The notes below the pieces were generated by a model. That model was not told where the DNA came from, did no database searches, and saw nothing but the letters and a program-made list of their open reading frames with translations. The translations under genes were made by a program, and so were the position numbers. A stretch of DNA of 64,000 nt from an uncultured Anaerolineae bacterium (lineage in GTDB: Bacteria > Chloroflexota > Anaerolineae > Aggregatilineales > J027), in the NCBI GenBank assembly GCA_964639245.1, contig CAZXCU010000001.1:936771-1000770 (forward strand), in the 5' to 3' direction. This document shows positions 42,259 through 50,827 of this stretch, piece after piece. Each line of letters starts with the position of its first letter. Within the stretch, counting starts at the first letter, position 1.

Positions 42259-44493
42259 TTATAACAGTTGCATCTGTCCAGTTTCATTCAATTTCCATCC
42301 CCCATTGCCTGTTCTTGATGCGACATCCTCTAACACACTTAAGATGGTTTGATGTTCGGGGGTAACGCCGTTTTTCAACAGAGGCATGATGTATAGTACA
42401 ATTTCATCAAAGGTCGGGTAATGATTTTGGTGTGCCATACGACGCAAATACGAAATGATATAGTAACGAACCCGTAAGTTTAAGTCTATTCGACTCTTGA
42501 ACTTGGTGTTTTGCGGAATATAGTATTTTTCTGTTTGGGTGTCATAGGTGAAATTTGCGCTTAAAAGCGGTGTTAAATCCTGATACTCTTTACTCAGAAT
42601 ATCCAAAAAGCCTAATTCCAACCCCTTGATAATCAATTGGTCGTTGATTTCCTCAATCGTTGCCCCTTCGTTTCGCGCAATAATTCCCTCAATTGTTTCA
42701 ATCACAAGATGAGCGATATTTGCGCCCACCCCCACTTTCAGAATGGCTTTAGGGTTTTTGACCTTGCGGAAATTGATAATCAATTGGCCTGAAAGCACGG
42801 TAAAGGGATTTTGCCGTTTTTTGAACGATGTTTTGTTATTCGATTGCGAAACTGCCCCTTTATATTCAAAACCCGCTTTTTCGGCGGTTTCAACGATGAT
42901 ATGCCAGTAGGCCGGGTCTTTGTGGGCAAACACAAAACTCATCCATCGGTCAAATTTAAGGACGCGGTACATCTCCTCAATGGATTGCGAGAGCAAATTG
43001 GAATAATCATCTTTGCTTTTGTCCAATTCCCCACCTTCAATCGCTTCTAATTCAAAATCTTGCGGAGTCACTGGCAAATCAAGCCATGCGTTCCACATCG
43101 TCGACAAGTCCAGATAGGCGATTTTTTTGCCATAGGGTGGGTCTGTATAAATATAATCCACACTTTCGGAGGGGATTGGCTTTAAATCCGTCGCGGTTCC
43201 CTTGTAAATTTGAGCATTTTTAAGGGTGTCTGTATTGATGAACGGCGCAAGTTCTTTTTTAGCGGCAATTACCTTCTTAAAACGTGACTCAAAATAAGTC
43301 ATCATATCCAAATTTGCTGGATTTGGTGCTATTCTGTAACGATAATATCTAAAAACACCGCTATCACCCCTGCCTTCCGATCTGCCTTCTGAGGCATGAT
43401 ATGTTAAATTAACTTTGTTAATCAGCCCTGAAAACATGAGCATCAAAGTGCCGTGTATATTTTTATCTTTGACTTTCTTTATTAAATATTTTAAATAGGC
43501 TAGTTGCGCTAACTGCTTTCTGGTAAACAGTTGTTCAATTGTAGAAACATCAGAATCAGCGGGTAATTTAATACCTTTTGGATATGGATATTTACTCAGA
43601 AATTTTTCGATTTCTTCATCAGTTTGTGGGGCTTTTTTTTCAAAAGTACGTTTAATTTTTTGATATTCTTCGCTAAATTGGTCAAGATCAACAGGAGCTA
43701 GTAGGTTTTCCACCAGAAAAATAGAGAGAGGGTTTAAATCAATATGAATCCCTTTACGTCCTAGAATAATGGCTTCCACAGCCGTTACTCCTGTACCGCC
43801 AAACGGGTCAAGAACCGTATCACCCGGCTGGGTAAAATTTTTGATGTATTCCTGCACCACATTCCAGACCTGTTTGGTGAAGTAAGGATGTACACCATAG
43901 TGACGGCTGGCAGATTGCTTAAGCAAGGTTTTAATTTCTGGTAGGGGTTTCACTGTTGTGTAATCAAAACCGGCTTTGGTCGGGGCAACGGGGATGGTTA
44001 CTTCGGCGGGTTTTTCAAAAGCGGTGGGAGTCAGGAGTTGCATCATCTTGTCCCAATGCTGGTTAAGTTCGGAAAGCTGAAAATAAAGAACAGGGTTGGC
44101 TTCATTAATTTTGAAGACGATGAACTCACGACCATTACACAAAGCATACAAATCTACCCGAATTTCTGGGTGAATCGCATAACTATAGGTTTGTTCTACA
44201 TTGCTGCCAGAAGTGATGAGTTCTTGCGGCGCTTTGGCATCCAACACCCACGCATATTTTTCGTTGGCGGTGAGCAAATAATCGGGGATGAGCGTTACAG
44301 GCCGTGTTTGCGAACCAACGGTCAAAACGGGATGTTTTAGGGCTTTGCTACGAATAATTTTATGCGGCCCACTGGCTCTGTAGCCTAATGCGCGTAGCAA
44401 AGGCAAAATAATTTCCTCACGGACAGAATCTTCCTTGAAATCCTCTGTACCCAAGAGCGAAAAATCAAATCCGTTAAAAATCTTATCCGCCAT
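42259..44493 (-). CDS. Nuclease-like (HsdR-N/PD-(D/E)xK-type) N-terminal domain fused to an N6/N4 DNA methyltransferase
   Basis: Trimmed to ATG 44493 (MADKIFNGFDF). LIPDYLL...WVLDAKAP motif. Motif I LDPFGGTG (nt 43789-43812) precedes motif IV TDPPYG (nt 43129-43146). Confidence 0.75.
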   Translation of the reverse strand: MADKIFNGFDFSLLGTEDFKEDSVREEIILPLLRALGYRASGPHKIIRSKALKHPVLTVGSQTRPVTLIPDYLLTANEKYAWVLDAKAPQELITSGSNVEQTYSYAIHPEIRVDLYALCNGREFIVFKINEANPVLYFQLSELNQHWDKMMQLLTPTAFEKPAEVTIPVAPTKAGFDYTTVKPLPEIKTLLKQSASRHYGVHPYFTKQVWNVVQEYIKNFTQPGDTVLDPFGGTGVTAVEAIILGRKGIHIDLNPLSIFLVENLLAPVDLDQFSEEYQKIKRTFEKKAPQTDEEIEKFLSKYPYPKGIKLPADSDVSTIEQLFTRKQLAQLAYLKYLIKKVKDKNIHGTLMLMFSGLINKVNLTYHASEGRSEGRGDSGVFRYYRYRIAPNPANLDMMTYFESRFKKVIAAKKELAPFINTDTLKNAQIYKGTATDLKPIPSESVDYIYTDPPYGKKIAYLDLSTMWNAWLDLPVTPQDFELEAIEGGELDKSKDDYSNLLSQSIEEMYRVLKFDRWMSFVFAHKDPAYWHIIVETAEKAGFEYKGAVSQSNNKTSFKKRQNPFTVLSGQLIINFRKVKNPKAILKVGVGANIAHLVIETIEGIIARNEGATIEEINDQLIIKGLELGFLDILSKEYQDLTPLLSANFTYDTQTEKYYIPQNTKFKSRIDLNLRVRYYIISYLRRMAHQNHYPTFDEIVLYIMPLLKNGVTPEHQTILSVLEDVASRTGNGGWKLNETGQMQLL

Positions 44494-44584
44494 GCTGACC
44501 CCTTTTTCGTGGATTTTATTATAACCTGAAATAGAAATCCGTGAGGTGTACAAAAAGGGCTGTTCGATGGATTATTGTGAATCG

Positions 44585-45433
44585 CTACACAGCCAAAATC
44601 GGTACTTGAATCTCAAACAAAATATGGCTGAAATCCGTGTCGGATTCCTCACGGCCTGACAGGTGAATCTCGCGGATGGTTCCATTCGGGCGGTAATGGT
44701 TGCTCCCCACCCATGCGAACAGGGCGGTCATCGCTTGCGGTAAATCATAAATATTGCCTGCGTGGAGAGTCGAGGCAAGGGCTAACGAATCATCCACGCG
44801 CCGCACTTGAATTTCACCGACAGCGCGTTCTCCAATTTCCTCATAGGCGGCTTGGCTGATAGGAACGGCGGTTTCCATATCAATCTTTTCATCGGTGAAC
44901 TCCTCGCCCATATAAATCACCATTTCCGGCGCGGCAGGCTTGACCTGATACTGCCCCAACCATGTATACACATCTTCAAACATGGTGCAGCGATAACCGG
45001 GCATGTCGGAAAGCTGAGGCACGACCTGACGGATACTGGCGATATAAAATGTTTCGGGCTGTTTCACGATGACTTCATATGGCGAAGGTAGCCCGACTCG
45101 TTCAATCTGGCGCAAACGGGCAGCAATCCGGGCAAGGCGCTGTTGTTCTTCGGTAATCTGCTGTTGAATTTCGGCCTGTTTGATTTTTAACATCCCGTGC
45201 ATCTGCTCCACGCTGATGTTTTCATCCAGCATCGGGCCGATTTGTTCCAGCGAGAAGCCCAAATCCTTGAGCGCAATCAACCGATGCAAACGCGGCAGTT
45301 GGTCAAGCGTGTAGTAGCGATAACCCGTAAAATGGTCAACCACGCCGGGTTTAAGCAGACCAAGTTTGTCATAGTGGCGCAACATCCGTGTCGAAATCTG
45401 GGCAAGTTGCGAGAAATCGCCAATTTTGAACAT
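44585..45433 (-). CDS. MerR-family transcriptional regulator with GyrI-like effector-binding domain (paralog)
   Basis: MFKIGDFSQLAQISTRMLRHYDKLGLLKP HTH. Same architecture as 29163..29981. GGGAG RBS. Confidence 0.85.
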   Translation of the reverse strand: MFKIGDFSQLAQISTRMLRHYDKLGLLKPGVVDHFTGYRYYTLDQLPRLHRLIALKDLGFSLEQIGPMLDENISVEQMHGMLKIKQAEIQQQITEEQQRLARIAARLRQIERVGLPSPYEVIVKQPETFYIASIRQVVPQLSDMPGYRCTMFEDVYTWLGQYQVKPAAPEMVIYMGEEFTDEKIDMETAVPISQAAYEEIGERAVGEIQVRRVDDSLALASTLHAGNIYDLPQAMTALFAWVGSNHYRPNGTIREIHLSGREESDTDFSHILFEIQVPILAV

Positions 45434-45464
45434 CCCAAAAACTCCCTATGTGCTGTTGTTCTTC

Positions 45465-45495
45465 AGCCTAAACCTTATCACACTGTCAAAGTCAA
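45465..45495 (-). promoter_or_regulatory. MerR-type promoter (19-bp spacer) upstream of 44585..45433
   Basis: Minus strand reads TTGACT (45495-45490), 19 nt, then TAGGCT (45470-45465). The 22-nt block CTTGACTTTGACAGTGTGATAA differs at 3 positions from the SDR-promoter block. Confidence 0.6.
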
Positions 45496-45592
45496 GATGT
45501 GCTATCCTAAAATTAATATACGTTCAGTAAAAATATGCGATTCACGCGATGAACGTGAACCTTAAGATCGTCATAGCTGAGGGGATAATCCC

Positions 45593-46069
45593 ATGAAAAC
45601 TGTTGAAGAACTGCTGGATATTACCCGTCACATGATACGGGCGGTAGATTACTGTTTTTTAATCACGCTGGATGATTCTGGTCTGCCCAATGCCCGCCTG
45701 GTGCAGCACTTCAAGCCGGACGACTCTCTGACCATCTGGTTTGGCACAAGCCCCAAGTCCCGTAAAATTCAAGAACTCAAGCGGGACAACCGCCTGACGG
45801 TTGCTTTTTATCAAGCGGATGAAACCGCCTATGTGACTCTCAAAGGTACTGCTCGCTTGGTAGATGATTTAGAGAAGCGCAAAACCACTTGGTATGAACA
45901 TTGGATTGCGTTTTTCCCCGCCGGGCCTGCGGGGGATGATTATATTCTGGTTGAATTTACGCCCACACAGATCGAATTGATGAATTTTGCTAAAAATATC
46001 ACCCCGCCACCCTTTGGCTTGCAGCATGTGAACTTGGTGCGCGATGGGGAAGACTGGACATTAGCATAA
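45593..46069 (+). CDS. Pyridoxamine 5'-phosphate oxidase-family (general stress protein 26-like) protein
   Basis: 158 aa. The pattern CFLITLDDSGLPNARLV...WFGTSPKSRKIQELKRDNRLTVAF...YVTLKGTARLV is typical of the split-barrel FMN-binding family. Confidence 0.7.
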   Translation: MKTVEELLDITRHMIRAVDYCFLITLDDSGLPNARLVQHFKPDDSLTIWFGTSPKSRKIQELKRDNRLTVAFYQADETAYVTLKGTARLVDDLEKRKTTWYEHWIAFFPAGPAGDDYILVEFTPTQIELMNFAKNITPPPFGLQHVNLVRDGEDWTLA

Positions 46070-46077
46070 ACCAAAAG

Positions 46078-46105
46078 AGGGGCGATTCGATTCGACAATC
46101 GCCCT
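46078..46105. terminator. Hairpin between convergent genes (possible bidirectional terminator)
   Basis: Stem GGGCGATT / AATCGCCC with a 9-nt loop. An A run lies upstream on plus, giving a U run on minus. It overlaps the stop of 46104..46667. Confidence 0.4.
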
Positions 46106-46667
46106 ACTTCATGTTGAAAATATCCTTGACCGCCAATTGGAAGCCGGGCAAAACCGCACCCCCATCAAGGGTATCCTCAATCATCAAGACATCTTGGTCA
46201 TCTGGGGTATACACTTCAACAAATTTTTTCTCAGGATACACCAACCAGACCAGTTTTACGCCATGTTGCAGATAGTAATGGGCTTTTTCGCGGGTATTTT
46301 TGTAACTATCCGTTGGAGATTTGACCTCCACCGCTAAATCTGGCATTTGTGGGACACTGCCTTTTTCAGTCGGGAGGAGCAGGCGCTGCGCTGTTGTATA
46401 AGCCACGTCAGGAATACGTGCATTTTGGTCGTCAGACGGAGCGCGGTGATGTACTTCGACAACGGTACGTCCACCAAGCTGGTTAATTTCATCATAAATC
46501 AAAAGGCGAGCGGTGATTTTGGCGGCAATCATGCCATGGACTTCGGTGGTCACTTTTTCAACAATCTCCCCATCAATAAGTTCGAGTTTTCGGTCTGCAT
46601 TTTCTGGCTGGGCTAAAAGCTCCTCAAATTCGGCAACGGTGTAAAGTTTTGTGAGGGTGTCCATCAT
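46104..46667 (-). CDS. Uma2-family (DUF820) PD-(D/E)xK endonuclease, copy 2
   Basis: LIDGEIVEKV, PDVAYT, PDLAVEVKSPTD. By eye roughly half the residues are identical to copy 1 (40548..41102). Confidence 0.85.
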   Translation of the reverse strand: MMDTLTKLYTVAEFEELLAQPENADRKLELIDGEIVEKVTTEVHGMIAAKITARLLIYDEINQLGGRTVVEVHHRAPSDDQNARIPDVAYTTAQRLLLPTEKGSVPQMPDLAVEVKSPTDSYKNTREKAHYYLQHGVKLVWLVYPEKKFVEVYTPDDQDVLMIEDTLDGGAVLPGFQLAVKDIFNMK

Positions 46668-46725
46668 CTATCCTTTGCTATGTCTGCGAGGAAGTTCTAA
46701 CCTCCCCTTACGACTATTATAAAGA

Positions 46726-48411
46726 CTATTCGGCTGCCAACAGCCACATATTTTTATCGCCAGCCTGCATGAACACGATTTTGTTACCATCCGATGCAAC
46801 CGCCCAATCCGCGTTGGCGATGGTAAAGGGGGTGGTGGTTGAGTCGGTCAGGTAGCGATTTTCGCCTGTAGGAAGGTGATAATAGGCCAAAATATGCTGG
46901 CTGGTGGTGGGGTCAAAGGGAATGTAGTAGACGCTGTGAGCATCGCGCCACTGCCACCCCCCGAAAAAAGGCAGTTTTTGTGCCTGTGCGCCCGCTTGGG
47001 TTTCAAGGGTATAAATACCATCGTTTGCCATATCTGCCTGAAAAGTCAGGTAAAACATGAGCCGTCCGCCGCCGGGCGCAACGTCCAACCCGCGCAACCA
47101 TTCCCATGTACCCAGTTCATAGGATGAATTGTCACGGGTGTCAAAAATCGTGAGAGTCGTGCGGGTATCATCTACGCGGGGAGACACAATCAACAAGCGT
47201 GTTTCGTCTAGCCAGACCGACCACCCGCCAGCCTGAGTCCAGACAATGCGTGCATTTGACCCATCCAGATTGCTGACCCATATTTCGACAGTTTGCGCCG
47301 ATTCGCCCGGTAAATAGCTGCCTTTCCAGACTTCCCACAAAAGCTGGGTGTTATCGGCATTGACGGCGGGTAAAAATCCCTGTGTTGCGACTGTCCACTC
47401 GGTCAGATCTGCCAAGCGCCGAATCGTGACCTGTCCATTGACTCGCGTCACCTGAATCGTACCATCCGGCGAAAGCAGCATGGGGGGGGCTTCCTCGATG
47501 AGGGTCGGGGCGGTGCTGCCATCGGTGCTATATTCAAACACGCTGGCACGCTGATTTTCTAGCCCATCGATCACGTAGAATTTGTTGGAATCGGTGGGAT
47601 GCCACCATGCGCCACTGCAACACCCGCCAAACCCGATAGGCAGAGTCCGCCATGATGTTTCTGCGGGAAGTTCGCCTAAATCGCGCCTCAAAGGGGTATT
47701 CACTGGTGGGCGTACATCTAACGGATAAGGCCATGCAGAAGCGTAATTATTTAAAATGCGTCCGCCAAAAGCAACCGGGGGTTGGTCGTCCAGGTGCATC
47801 CAGCGCCGCGCATTGTCCATATCCTGCTGGAACATCGGATTGGCGAATGGCCCGATTAAAAACAAACTGTGCCAATTGGCATCAATATAATCTAAAGGAT
47901 TGTAGGCGGTGCGGTAATCCAGCGAACGGACTTCCAGATGCAAGTGCGGACGTGAAGTACACACACTGTCCGGGTCGCCAGACAGCGCCACGACTTCGCC
48001 CTGCTGAACCGGCTGCCCACTGATGAGATTGGGACGTTCTAGGAGATGCCCATAGAGAACCGATAAATTCAAATCCCGATGAATCAGAATCAGATTGTGC
48101 GGGGCAGACCCAAAATTGCCTGCGTCCACTGCCAGCACTTCGCCATCTGCCATTGCGACCAATTCCGTGCCGCAGGGCATGGAAATATCCAAGCCAAAAT
48201 GCAGCCCTTGTCCGGCGGAATACCACGCTGTGCCAAAATTAAACGCGCCTGTGGTGTTGCCATAGGGTTGCCCAACCAACCATGTCGAGGGACTAGGCGG
48301 GACAGCAACCGGTAAAATGAAGGGTTTTGTACTTTCCTCCTGCGCTTGCCCACTCAAGGAGAAGGGGAATAAAAATACCGATAAAAGCACGATCCATCCA
48401 AGTTTTCGCAT
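46726..48411 (-). CDS. Secreted M23-family metallopeptidase fused to a C-terminal beta-propeller-like domain
   Basis: Signal peptide. M23 motifs GLHFGLD and RPHLHLEV. The C-terminal roughly 330 aa carry propeller-like repeats (LSPDGTIQV, VNADNTQLLW, VAPGGGRLMF, VASDGNKIVF). Confidence 0.75.
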   Translation of the reverse strand: MRKLGWIVLLSVFLFPFSLSGQAQEESTKPFILPVAVPPSPSTWLVGQPYGNTTGAFNFGTAWYSAGQGLHFGLDISMPCGTELVAMADGEVLAVDAGNFGSAPHNLILIHRDLNLSVLYGHLLERPNLISGQPVQQGEVVALSGDPDSVCTSRPHLHLEVRSLDYRTAYNPLDYIDANWHSLFLIGPFANPMFQQDMDNARRWMHLDDQPPVAFGGRILNNYASAWPYPLDVRPPVNTPLRRDLGELPAETSWRTLPIGFGGCCSGAWWHPTDSNKFYVIDGLENQRASVFEYSTDGSTAPTLIEEAPPMLLSPDGTIQVTRVNGQVTIRRLADLTEWTVATQGFLPAVNADNTQLLWEVWKGSYLPGESAQTVEIWVSNLDGSNARIVWTQAGGWSVWLDETRLLIVSPRVDDTRTTLTIFDTRDNSSYELGTWEWLRGLDVAPGGGRLMFYLTFQADMANDGIYTLETQAGAQAQKLPFFGGWQWRDAHSVYYIPFDPTTSQHILAYYHLPTGENRYLTDSTTTPFTIANADWAVASDGNKIVFMQAGDKNMWLLAAE

Positions 48412-48559
48412 TGTCTAACTCCACCATGAATCCTTTTATCATAACCGATGCAAATAAAATTAACTGTTCGCTTTCACAACTTTTCAATTGCATTTGTACT
48501 AATTTGAAAAATTAGAGTAAGATTAATAGACGTTATTTCATTGAAAAAAGTGAGGCAGT

Positions 48560-48916
48560 ATGACAACCATTGATATTTTTCGGCATGAGAAAGAAACCCT
48601 TCATTTTCCGGCGGACACCATCGTCATTCAAGAAGGGGATGCAGGCGATTTCATGTACGCTGTCAGAAGCGGTACATTAGAAGTCATGCACAACGGGATG
48701 GTGATTGAAACCGTGACCGAAGGGGGAATTGTGGGTGAGATGGCCTTAATTGACTCCAAACCCCGTAGCGCGGCGGTGATTGCCAAAACCGACAGTGAGT
48801 TGGTCAAGGTGGATAAAAAACGCTTTCAATTTCTGGTTCAGCAAACCCCGTTTTTTGCCCTGCATGTGATGCAGATTCTGGTAGACCGTTTGCGGAAAAT
48901 GCACAACCTGAAATAA
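48560..48916 (+). CDS. Stand-alone cyclic nucleotide-binding domain protein
   Basis: GDAGDFMYAVRSGTLEV ... GEMALIDSKPRSAAVIA is a classic cNMP-binding beta-barrel. At 118 aa it has no HTH. Confidence 0.8.
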   Translation: MTTIDIFRHEKETLHFPADTIVIQEGDAGDFMYAVRSGTLEVMHNGMVIETVTEGGIVGEMALIDSKPRSAAVIAKTDSELVKVDKKRFQFLVQQTPFFALHVMQILVDRLRKMHNLK

Positions 48917-48926
48917 GTGAGCGCAC

Positions 48927-48958
48927 AAAAGAGCCATTTCGCCCGAAGTGGCTCTTTT
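48927..48958 (+). terminator. Rho-independent terminator after cNMP-binding gene
   Basis: 10-bp stem AAAAGAGCCA (48927-48936) / TGGCTCTTTT (48949-48958). The U-rich 3' arm is followed by AAAA. Confidence 0.6.
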
Positions 48959-49041
48959 AAAACACTCTTAAACCCGCTTTAAATCGCCTTTGGCCTACTG
49001 CCTGTAAGATAAGTCCGTTTACCCATTCAAGGAGAATTTAA

Positions 49042-50619
49042 TTGATGCGTTTAATGGCATTTATGCTTTTGGCGAGTTTGCTGTTGGTGGCGATGATGCC
49101 GGCGGCAGCACAGGATGGCAGTTTGACCCTGACAGTGTTGGGACGCTACGAAACAGGGGTAATTGACGAAGGGGCGGCGGAAATTGCCGCGTACCATGCC
49201 GGGTCGCAGTCGTTGTTTGTGACCAACGGCGCAACAGGCAATCTGGATATTTTGAATATCAGCGACCCTACCGCGCCAACACTGGCAGCGCAGGTGGATT
49301 TGAGCGCATACGGGGCGGCGAACAGTGTGGCGGTTTGGGGCGATGTGGCTGCGGTGGCGGTGGATGCGGAAAATGCACAGGATCCGGGCAGTATTTTGTT
49401 CCTTGATATGAGTGGCAATGTCCTCAGCAGCGTGCAGGTGGGGTCAATTCCCGATATGGTGACATTCACCCCCGATGGCACAAAAGTGCTGGTCGCTAAT
49501 GAAGGCGAACCCAACGACGATTACACGGTTGACCCCGAAGGTTCAGTCAGCATTATTGATGTCTCCGGCGGGGCGGAAGCGGTCACTCAGGACAATGTAA
49601 CCACCGTCGGTTTCACTGATTTTAATGCCGATGGCGAACGCGCCGCCGAACTGCCCGCCGAAGTGCGGATTTATGGCCCGAATGCCACCGTCGCACAGGA
49701 TTTAGAACCGGAATACATCGCGGTTTCTCCTGATGGTTCAACGGCCTATGTGACTTTGCAGGAAGCCAATGCTGTTGCTTTGATTGATATTGCGGCGGGT
49801 GAAGTGGTGGCGATTGCGGCACTGGGCTTCATTGACCGCAGCGCACCGGGTTTTGGCATCGATGCCAGCAACGAAGACGGCGCGATTAACATTCAAAATT
49901 GGCCTGTGTTTGGCATGTATCAACCGGACTCGATTGTGGCAATTGAAATCAACGGCGCGACTTATCTGCTGACCGCCAACGAAGGCGACTCCCGCGATTA
50001 CGAAGATGTCTACAGCGAAGAAGCCCGCGTTGCCGATGTCACGCTTGACCCCACCGTGTTCCCCAACGCGGCGGAATTGCAAGCCGAAGATATGTTGGGA
50101 CGCTTGCTCATCACCACCGCGCAAGGCGATACCGATGGCGATGGTGATTTTGATGTGCTGTACGCGCTGGGTGGGCGTTCTTTCACCATCTGGGGCGCGG
50201 ATGGGTCACTCGTGTTTGACAGTGGCGACCAATTTGAACAATTTTTTGCCGCCAATTACCCCGAAGCCTTCAATTCACAGGGCCTGAACGAATCATTTGA
50301 CAACCGCAGCGATGACAAAGGCCCTGAACCCGAAGGTTTGGATGTGGGTGTCGTCAACGGGGTTCCCTATGCGTTCATCGGTTTGGAACGCATGGGCGGG
50401 GTGCTGGTGTATGATTTGAGCGACCCCACCGCGCCGACGCTCGTGACCTACGCCAACAATACCGACTGGCAGGGCAGTTTTGATGAACAGACTTTTACTG
50501 GCGATATTAGCCCCGAAGGGGTGTTGTTCATCACTGCGGAAGAAAGTCCTACCGGAAACGCGCTGCTGGTCTTGACCCATGAAGTCAGCGGCACCACCAC
50601 AATTTATGAAGTGAAATAG
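49042..50619 (+). CDS. Secreted beta-propeller protein, choice-of-anchor I / phytase-like esterase family
   Basis: TTG 49042 or ATG 49045 after AAGGAGA, with a signal peptide. GAAEIAAYHAGSQSLFVTNG, PDMVTFTPDGTKVLVANEGEP and EPEYIAVSPDGSTAYVTLQEANA match my recollection of this family. Confidence 0.6.
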   Translation: MMRLMAFMLLASLLLVAMMPAAAQDGSLTLTVLGRYETGVIDEGAAEIAAYHAGSQSLFVTNGATGNLDILNISDPTAPTLAAQVDLSAYGAANSVAVWGDVAAVAVDAENAQDPGSILFLDMSGNVLSSVQVGSIPDMVTFTPDGTKVLVANEGEPNDDYTVDPEGSVSIIDVSGGAEAVTQDNVTTVGFTDFNADGERAAELPAEVRIYGPNATVAQDLEPEYIAVSPDGSTAYVTLQEANAVALIDIAAGEVVAIAALGFIDRSAPGFGIDASNEDGAINIQNWPVFGMYQPDSIVAIEINGATYLLTANEGDSRDYEDVYSEEARVADVTLDPTVFPNAAELQAEDMLGRLLITTAQGDTDGDGDFDVLYALGGRSFTIWGADGSLVFDSGDQFEQFFAANYPEAFNSQGLNESFDNRSDDKGPEPEGLDVGVVNGVPYAFIGLERMGGVLVYDLSDPTAPTLVTYANNTDWQGSFDEQTFTGDISPEGVLFITAEESPTGNALLVLTHEVSGTTTIYEVK

Positions 50620-50687
50620 CTTTTCTCCAAAACTGGGGGACGTAACTCATCGCGTTCCCCGGATTGGTTAAGAGCCTATCCGTCAAT

Positions 50688-50827
50688 TAGGACGGATAGC
50701 CAAATGTACGGGCGTGGTCTATGACCCGCCCTCATTCCCTTGCAGGGGAGGGTCACAGACCCACCCGTACACTATCCGTATTTAATCAGGCCAGTGAACA
50801 CCGCGCTCAAGCACGGCGTTAAAATGA
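50688..50827. repeat. Structured dispersed repeat, copy B (overlaps 3' end of MFS gene)
   Basis: Aligns with 33881-34048. Internal imperfect long palindrome with arms TGTACGGGCGTGGTCTATGACCCGCCC and GGGAGGGTCACAGACCCACCCGTACA. Terminal ACGGATAG/CTATCCGT inverted repeats. Confidence 0.7.

Noticed and set aside
40548-46667. Uma2 pair as terminal genes of a composite transposon or integrative element.
   Set aside because: No transposase, integrase, tRNA target or terminal DNA repeats were seen. The two Uma2 genes are diverged at the DNA level, so they are not a recent duplication. The observation is kept only as a moderate-interest finding.
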